Made by a program: the position numbers and the translations under genes
Assembly (NCBI GenBank): GCA_947627665.1
Contig: CANQWX010000007.1
Location: forward strand, 16,845 to 80,844
DNA from: an uncultured Clostridia bacterium
Lineage (GTDB): Bacteria; Bacillota; Clostridia; Christensenellales; Borkfalkiaceae
Direction of reading: 5' to 3'
DNA: 64,000 nt
Notes under the pieces: generated by a model
Told to the model about the DNA's origin: nothing
Seen by the model: only the letters and a program-made list of their open reading frames with translations
The model's database searches: none
Shown: piece after piece, positions 58,787 through 64,000 of the stretch
How the letters are laid out: every line of letters starts with the position of its first letter
How positions within the stretch are numbered: position 1 is the first letter of the stretch

Positions 58787-60043
58787 ATGATCAACATTCC
58801 AAAGGGAACCAAAGACGTGCTCCCGAGCGACGTCTACAAGTGGCAATACATCGAAGAGATCGCGCGGAAAACCGCACACGGGTACGGTTTTTCGGAGATC
58901 AGGACCCCCGTGTTCGAATACACTGAACTCTTTCAGCGCGGCGTGGGGGAAACGACGGACGTCGTCGGCAAGGAGATGTACACCTTCCTCGACAAGGGCG
59001 GGCGCTCCATCACGCTCCGTCCCGAGGGAACGGCGGGCGTGGCGCGCGCGTTCATAGAAAACGGGCTGCAAGGGGGCGCGATGCCCTTTAAGGCATACTA
59101 CCTCTTTTCCGCCTACCGCTATGAACGCCCGCAGGCGGGACGGCTGCGCGAGTTCCACCAATTCGGCGCGGAACTGTACGGCGCTTCCTCTCCCGAGGCG
59201 GACGCGGAAGTCATTGCTCTCGCGGACGGCTTTCTCAAAAATTTGGGGCTGAAACAGGTGCGACTGAACCTCAATTCCATCGGCTGCCCCGCCTGCCGCG
59301 CGAAGTACCAGGAGGCCCTACGCGACTATTTCCGTCCCCACCTTTCCGAAATGTGCCCCGATTGCAACGCGCGTTTCGAAAAGAACCCCATGCGCATGAT
59401 CGACTGCAAGGAGGAGGGCTGCAAGAAATTTACGGCGGGCGCGCCACGGATGCTCGACTTTTTGTGCGACGAGTGCAAGGAACACTTCGAGGCGGTGAAA
59501 AAACTGCTGACGGGTGCGGGGATTTCCTACACGATTGACCCTTCCATCGTGCGCGGGCTGGACTATTACAGCCGCACGGTGTTTGAATTTACCTCGTCGG
59601 CGGCGGGCGCGCAGGGCACCGTTCTCGGCGGGGGTAGATACGACGGGCTTTTGTCCCAGCTCGGCGCAAAGCCCACGCCTGCGGTCGGCTTCGGCGCGGG
59701 GATCGAACGGCTCCTCATGGTTTTGGAGGCGGAGGGGGTGGAGATCCCTTCGCCCGAGGGGGTGAGCTGCTATCTGCTCGGCATGGACCCCGAGAGCCGC
59801 CAAAGGGCGTTTCTGCTCGCGGAAGAACTGCGGAAAGAGGGCGTTTCCTGCGAAACCGATCTTTTGGAGCGCTCGGTGAAGGCGCAGTTCAAATATGCGG
59901 ACAAGCTCGGGGCGAAGTTTGTCGCTGTTATCGGCGAAAGCGAGCTAAGCGAAGGCGCCGCGGAAGTCAAAGACATGCGCAGTTCTTTCTCCGAACGGGT
60001 AAAATTCGGAGAGCTTGCACAATATATCATCGGCAAGAGGTGA
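58787..60043 (+). CDS. hisS: Histidine--tRNA ligase
   Basis: PKGTKDVLP..., FRYERPQAGRLREFHQ (class II motif 2), and GGGRYDGL are present. I prefer ATG 58787 (after AAGGAGA). ATG 58772 is an alternative. Confidence 0.94.
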   Translation: MINIPKGTKDVLPSDVYKWQYIEEIARKTAHGYGFSEIRTPVFEYTELFQRGVGETTDVVGKEMYTFLDKGGRSITLRPEGTAGVARAFIENGLQGGAMPFKAYYLFSAYRYERPQAGRLREFHQFGAELYGASSPEADAEVIALADGFLKNLGLKQVRLNLNSIGCPACRAKYQEALRDYFRPHLSEMCPDCNARFEKNPMRMIDCKEEGCKKFTAGAPRMLDFLCDECKEHFEAVKKLLTGAGISYTIDPSIVRGLDYYSRTVFEFTSSAAGAQGTVLGGGRYDGLLSQLGAKPTPAVGFGAGIERLLMVLEAEGVEIPSPEGVSCYLLGMDPESRQRAFLLAEELRKEGVSCETDLLERSVKAQFKYADKLGAKFVAVIGESELSEGAAEVKDMRSSFSERVKFGELAQYIIGKR

Positions 60044-60047
60044 GGAT

Positions 60048-60359
60048 ATGGTCAAAGAAATGACGGGTGAGGAACTCGATCGGCTTGTGGAAACGGGCGC
60101 GAAAGTCGTGTGCGATTTTTTCGCAACGTGGTGCGGGCCGTGCAGGATGCTCGGACCCATTATGGAGGAATTGAGCGGGGAATTCGAAGGCGTTACGTTC
60201 GCTAAGGTGGACGTGGACCAAAACGGCGACCTCGCCGCGTCGCTCAACGTCTTTTCCATCCCCGACGTGTTCGTATTCGAAGGGGGAGAGGTCAAAGCGC
60301 ATAATCTCGGATACCTGCCCAAGGAACAGATGCGGCAATTTTTGAAGAATCATCTGTAA
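60048..60359 (+). CDS. trxA: Thioredoxin
   Basis: 104 aa with the WCGPC active site and an FKVDVDQN-type block (AKVDVDQNGDLA). A GAGGTGAGGA RBS is present. Confidence 0.92.
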   Translation: MVKEMTGEELDRLVETGAKVVCDFFATWCGPCRMLGPIMEELSGEFEGVTFAKVDVDQNGDLAASLNVFSIPDVFVFEGGEVKAHNLGYLPKEQMRQFLKNHL

Positions 60360-60366
60360 ACGGGGA

Positions 60367-60403
60367 ACGGGCGCCGCGCGGCATAGCCGCGCGGCGCCCG
60401 TTT
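60367..60403 (+). terminator. Terminator hairpin after trxA (acgggcgccgcgcggc-ata-gccgcgcggcgcccgttt)
   Basis: Read directly. Confidence 0.7.
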
Positions 60404-60498
60404 GAAAAAGGGAATTTTTTACGACCCCCTTGAAAAGGTTGATATTTTCGGAGAATGATGTTATACTGTATCGGAAAAGTTCTTGCAGGAGAAGAAGT

Positions 60499-61218
60499 AT
60501 GAAACATAGATCGTTGGCGTTGATCGCCGCGCTCGGCGTAACGTTTGGCGTTTGCCTCGGCATGGCGGGTTGCAAGCCCGATGACACGGAACCCGAACCG
60601 CATGAGCATGTTTACGGCGATTGGATACAGGGACCCGAGACCCATTGGCGGGAGTGTGAGATCTGCCACAGCAAGTTCGGGGAGATCACGCATACCTACC
60701 GCAACGTAGCGGGGCTTACCTACACCATAAGAGAAACGGCAAAGGAAGAAACGCTTCCCGTGCTGCATGTTTCCGCGCCCGACGACATGGACGCGAGGAA
60801 TGTCTATATCAAGAAGGTCGGCGTGTGCGCCGAATCGGGCACGGCGGGGCTTCGCGTTTCTTATTCCACGGCGCACGGCGGCAACTTCGCTTCTTCCGTC
60901 GAGTTCCCCGCAGACAGCTTTCCCGCAGGCAGCGGCATCTGGAAGGAAGCGGAATTCAGAGGAGCCGGCCTCCTATTGACAACGTATTCTTACTTCCGCC
61001 TGCAGGCGGTCGGCGGCGACATCACCGTGCATGAGATCGTGTTCCTCGCAAGCGACGAGGACGGGAACACCCAGCTCTTCTTGTTGACCCCGGAGGTGGA
61101 CGGCGCAACGGGGCAGGCTGCCAGCAGCCAAAAGCGGCTCATCGACATGCAGCAATTCCCCAACGAGAAGCAGGAATGCTATCTCTGCCATTACGCCCGT
61201 CCCAAGACGCAGGCGTAA
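60499..61218 (+). CDS. Hypothetical lipoprotein with a His/Trp/Cys module and a jelly-roll-like C-terminal domain
   Basis: MKHRSLALIAALGVTFGVCLGMAGC provides the lipobox. HEHVYGDWIQGPETHWRECEICH resembles the N-terminal module of the 20817 LRR protein. The C-terminal ...YFRLQAVGGDITVHEIVFLASDEDGN resembles residues ~150-190 of the 47840 protein. Confidence 0.6.
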   Translation: MKHRSLALIAALGVTFGVCLGMAGCKPDDTEPEPHEHVYGDWIQGPETHWRECEICHSKFGEITHTYRNVAGLTYTIRETAKEETLPVLHVSAPDDMDARNVYIKKVGVCAESGTAGLRVSYSTAHGGNFASSVEFPADSFPAGSGIWKEAEFRGAGLLLTTYSYFRLQAVGGDITVHEIVFLASDEDGNTQLFLLTPEVDGATGQAASSQKRLIDMQQFPNEKQECYLCHYARPKTQA

Positions 61219-61287
61219 AAAAGAGGAAAGAGTTCCCGCAACAGGCTTGCTTTTTGCGGGAAAGCGTGATACAATAACGATAAATAA

Positions 61288-61408
61288 AATATCTTTGGGG
61301 CGGAGTGAAAGTCTCCACCGGCAGTAAAGTCTGCGAAGAGCGCGGCGGCGCTCCCGAGCGGGTGAAATTCCCGCACCGACGGTCATAGTCCGGATGAGAA
61401 AAGGATCT
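61288..61408 (+). promoter_or_regulatory. FMN riboswitch (RFN element)
   Basis: ggggcggagtgaaagtctccaccggcagtaaagtctgcgaag...gggtgaaattcccgcaccgacggtcatagtccggatgagaaaagg matches the conserved RFN core blocks. Promoter TTGCTT-17 bp-TACAAT lies at 61247-61275. A GC hairpin lies at 61413-61446. An ECF riboflavin S-component gene follows. Confidence 0.8.
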
Positions 61409-61461
61409 TTTCGGCGCGCGCCCCTGTTTTCGGGGGCGCGCGCCTCGTTAAGGAGTATTTT

Positions 61462-62079
61462 ATGAAAGAAGAAACCAAAAACATGCTGAAACGCCACTTT
61501 TCCGCGACCCATATCGCCTACATGGCGCTATTCACGGCGCTCGCCTTCGTCGTCACCTTTCTCGAATTCCCCATCTTTCCTATGGCGGATTTCTTGAAGC
61601 TCGACTTTGCGAATGTCTTTTTCATGATCGAAGGCTTCATCTTCGGGCCTGTGGAGGCAGTTATTTCCATCGGGCTGAAAGAGGTGCTGTGTTTGACCAA
61701 ATCCTCTACCGCAGGCGTGGGAGAACTTGCGAACTTCCTCATGTCCGCCTCGTACATCATCGTCCCGTCCGTTTTGTACCGCTTCAAAAAGGGGAAGTGG
61801 TGGGTGACCCTCTCCCTCCTCCTCGCCTGCTGCATGCAGGTCGGCGTGAGCCTTCTCGTTAACCGCTACATCAATTTCCCGCTCTACGGTAAGCTGTACA
61901 ATCTGAACGTCGCCGAATATTTCGGGCAGCTCTGGCCCTTTGTGGTCTACTTCAATCTCATCAAGAGCGTGGCGGTCAGCCTCATCGTCTTTCTCATCTA
62001 TAAGCCGCTCTCGCGGCTCATCAAGGCGACTTCCGAAAGGTTCTCGAAAAAACCCGCCGCAGGGAAAAATCCCAAATAA
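61462..62079 (+). CDS. ribU: ECF-transporter substrate-specific (S) component, probably riboflavin (RibU)
   Basis: 205 aa with about 6 TM segments and a typical S-component N-terminus. The specificity is inferred from the upstream FMN riboswitch. Confidence 0.65.
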   Translation: MKEETKNMLKRHFSATHIAYMALFTALAFVVTFLEFPIFPMADFLKLDFANVFFMIEGFIFGPVEAVISIGLKEVLCLTKSSTAGVGELANFLMSASYIIVPSVLYRFKKGKWWVTLSLLLACCMQVGVSLLVNRYINFPLYGKLYNLNVAEYFGQLWPFVVYFNLIKSVAVSLIVFLIYKPLSRLIKATSERFSKKPAAGKNPK

Positions 62080-62119
62080 AATTCTTGCAAATTGCAGCCG
62101 TATCCGCTATAATAGGGGT

Positions 62120-62521
62120 ATGGCTGTCTTTATTTCGCACTCCCCCGCGGAAACGATCGCGTGGGCGGAGGATTACGCCAAGACGTTGCATGCGGGGGAC
62201 ACCGTCCTCCTCGACGGCAACATGGGCGCGGGAAAGACCGTGCTCGCCAAGGGCATCGCAAGGGGGCTTGGCATTTCCGACGAGATCACAAGCCCCACTT
62301 ACGCTTATATCAACAGCTACGCGGATAAGCTCTTCCATTTCGACTGCTACCGCGTCCTTTCCGAGCGGCAGGCGATCGAGCTTGGGTTTTCCGACTACTT
62401 CGCGGCGGGCGGCATCTGCCTCGTCGAGTGGAGCGAAAATATCGCGGGCCTTTTGCCCGAAAACTGCAAACGGGTGCACATTTCGGGCATGGGCGACGGC
62501 GCAAGGGAGATACGGTCTTGA
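62120..62521 (+). CDS. tsaE: tRNA threonylcarbamoyladenosine biosynthesis ATPase TsaE
   Basis: LDGNMGAGKTVLAKGIARGLG...TSPTYAYIN.Y...HFDCYR is the YjeE/TsaE signature. Confidence 0.88.
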   Translation: MAVFISHSPAETIAWAEDYAKTLHAGDTVLLDGNMGAGKTVLAKGIARGLGISDEITSPTYAYINSYADKLFHFDCYRVLSERQAIELGFSDYFAAGGICLVEWSENIAGLLPENCKRVHISGMGDGAREIRS

Positions 62522-63126
62522 AATTTTTGGCGATCGATACGAGCGGGAAACATCTGTCCGTCGTTGCATACAGCGAAACAAAGACGGTAAAGCTCTTTGC
62601 CGAAGATTGCGCCATGAAGCATTCGGTCCTGCTGATGGACAAGATCGGCGAAGCCCTCGCGCGCGCGGATATGTCCGCCCGCGAATGCGACTTTTTCGCG
62701 GCGGTCGTCGGCCCCGGCTCCTTTACGGGCATCCGCATCGGCATTTCCACAGTAAAAGGGCTTTGCTATGCCTGCGGGAAGCCCGCGCTTGCGGTCACGT
62801 CCTTCGACTGCATCGCATACAATGGGGAGAGCGCGAAAAAGCTGGCGCTCGTCGACGCGGGCAGGGGCGAGCTGTACGCCTGCGGATACGAGGGAACGCG
62901 GCAGATCCTTCCGCCCGCCATTCTGACTTTGGCGGAGGCGGAGGTCCTCGTAAAAGAGGGATACGTTCCGCTCTCCGCGGAGAAGATCCCCCTGGAATGC
63001 GGGCGCTCCGATCCCTGCGAAGGGCTGCTCTCCGCCGTGCTCGGCAAGGCGGGGGAGAGGGCGCCTGCGGGCGCGTTGCGCGCCTTTTATATGAGAAGAT
63101 CGTCCGCGGAGGAGAACCGCAAATGA
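62518..63126 (+). CDS. tsaB: tRNA threonylcarbamoyladenosine biosynthesis protein TsaB
   Basis: TTG start overlapping the tsaE stop (TTGA). (M)KFLAIDTSGKHLSVV...GPGSFTGIRIGISTVKGL is the TsaB signature. Confidence 0.85.
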   Translation: MKFLAIDTSGKHLSVVAYSETKTVKLFAEDCAMKHSVLLMDKIGEALARADMSARECDFFAAVVGPGSFTGIRIGISTVKGLCYACGKPALAVTSFDCIAYNGESAKKLALVDAGRGELYACGYEGTRQILPPAILTLAEAEVLVKEGYVPLSAEKIPLECGRSDPCEGLLSAVLGKAGERAPAGALRAFYMRRSSAEENRK

Positions 63127-63557
63127 ACGGCAGATTTTGGACCTTTGAGGACCTGAACACGATCGCACAGCTCGAACGGGAGTGCTTTTCCGACGACGCG
63201 TGGAACGTACGCACGCTTGCCGGCTCCTTTTTGTCGGGGCATTTTATCGGCGTTCTGCTCGAGGAGGACGGCGTCGTCACCGCATACGGCGGGGTCAGTT
63301 TCGTCGAGGAGGAGGGCGAACTCGAACTCATCGCCACTGCCGAGATGTACCGCCGCTGCGGCAGGGCAAAGAAGGTGCTGGACGATCTCGTTTCCGAAGC
63401 GAAAAAGCGGGGCGTGAAGCGGCTCTTTCTCGAAGTCCGCGTTTCCAATGCGCCCGCGCTCATGTTTTATCTCAAATACGGCTTTCAAGGCCTGTATGCG
63501 CGCTCCCGCTACTATGCCAACGGCGAGGACGCCATCGTCATGAAAAAGGAGTTTTGA
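63123..63557 (+). CDS. rimI: Ribosomal-protein-alanine N-acetyltransferase RimI (GNAT)
   Basis: It has the GNAT core ...YRRCGRAKKVLDDL...LEVRVSNAPALMFYLKYGF. The tsaE-tsaB-rimI order is the conserved one. Confidence 0.82.
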   Translation: MNGRFWTFEDLNTIAQLERECFSDDAWNVRTLAGSFLSGHFIGVLLEEDGVVTAYGGVSFVEEEGELELIATAEMYRRCGRAKKVLDDLVSEAKKRGVKRLFLEVRVSNAPALMFYLKYGFQGLYARSRYYANGEDAIVMKKEF

Positions 63558-64000
63558 TTGCAAATTTCCGTTCTCCGCAGAGGAACGGGGCGCGACCTCG
63601 TTTTTTTGCACGGTTACCTTTCGACAAAGGAGAGCTTCTATCCGCAGATCGAATATTTTTCCCGTTTTTACCGCGTGACGGCGTTTGATTTTCCCGGTTT
63701 CGGCGGGAGCGATCCCATTCCTTCCGCGTGGTCGGTGGGGGATTACGCCGGCTGGACGGAGGAATTTTTGCGGGAAGAGGGGATCGAGCGCCCGCTCGTC
63801 ATCGCCCACTCCTTCGGTGGGCGGGTGGCGGTGAAGTGCCTCTCGCGGGGGGAACTGTTCGACCGCGCCGTGCTGTGCGGCTGCGCGGGGATCCGCCCGA
63901 AGCGTACGGTCCGCTACTATGCGCAGGTGTACACCTATAAATTTGTGCGGAAAATCGCACCCATGTATGCAAAAACGCACTTCGGGAGTGCGGAATACCG
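63558..64000 (+). CDS. Alpha/beta-fold hydrolase (3' end lies outside the window)
   Basis: The frame is open from TTG 63558 to the window edge. LVFLHGYL...FDFPGFGGS...VIAHSFGGRVA contains the GxSxG nucleophile elbow. It is not in the ORF track because no stop occurs in the window. Confidence 0.6.
   Translation, partial: MQISVLRRGTGRDLVFLHGYLSTKESFYPQIEYFSRFYRVTAFDFPGFGGSDPIPSAWSVGDYAGWTEEFLREEGIERPLVIAHSFGGRVAVKCLSRGELFDRAVLCGCAGIRPKRTVRYYAQVYTYKFVRKIAPMYAKTHFGSAEY

Overview
This is a GC-rich, Firmicutes/Clostridia-type chromosomal core segment, and almost all of it is housekeeping genes in conserved Gram-positive order. I found no defence island, prophage, CRISPR array, rRNA or tRNA.

**Gene content, in order**
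- ruvC(partial)-ruvA-ruvB-queA, then two SGNH lipoprotein esterases, then tgt-yajC.
- A small membrane protein, then the SCIFF peptide with its radical-SAM maturase, then secD-secF-recJ-relA-hemZ-like.
- A small accessory patch: lipoprotein, XRE regulator, LRR lipoprotein, and a solitary mazF.
- plsX-rnc-smc-ftsY-ylxM-ffh-rpsP-KH.
- A 14.5 kb interruption holding a SpoVB/MurJ-like flippase, a LysM protein, a collagen-like/LRR lipoprotein, a second LRR lipoprotein, a hypothetical protein, mnmG, dnaA, recF, a PHP protein and VanW.
- rplS, a GT-C-like membrane protein, comM-dprA-topA-trmFO-hslV-hslU, a Sel1 protein, hisS, trxA, a lipoprotein, an FMN riboswitch with ribU, tsaE-tsaB-rimI, and a partial alpha/beta hydrolase.

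**What ordinary annotation does not explain**
- A family of short, modular, hairpin-rich repeat elements (REP/BOX/MITE-like) fills many intergenic regions.
  - It forms a 6 x 53 bp tandem array after relA.
  - It flanks rpsP and one LRR gene as long direct repeats.
  - One composite 213 bp copy sits in frame inside the mnmG coding sequence.
- dnaA lies in an atypical context: there is no dnaN, it is co-oriented with mnmG, and it diverges from recF.
- mazF has no recognisable antitoxin.
- Two surface or repeat-protein genes carry single-base frameshifts.
- An XRE/LRR two-gene module is bracketed by identical 28 bp hairpins.
- An unclassified leader with an intrinsic terminator lies upstream of the collagen-like LRR gene.

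**Limits**
- All calls come from reading the sequence and from motif recall. No database search was possible.
- Start codons were chosen from RBS spacing and may be off by a few codons.
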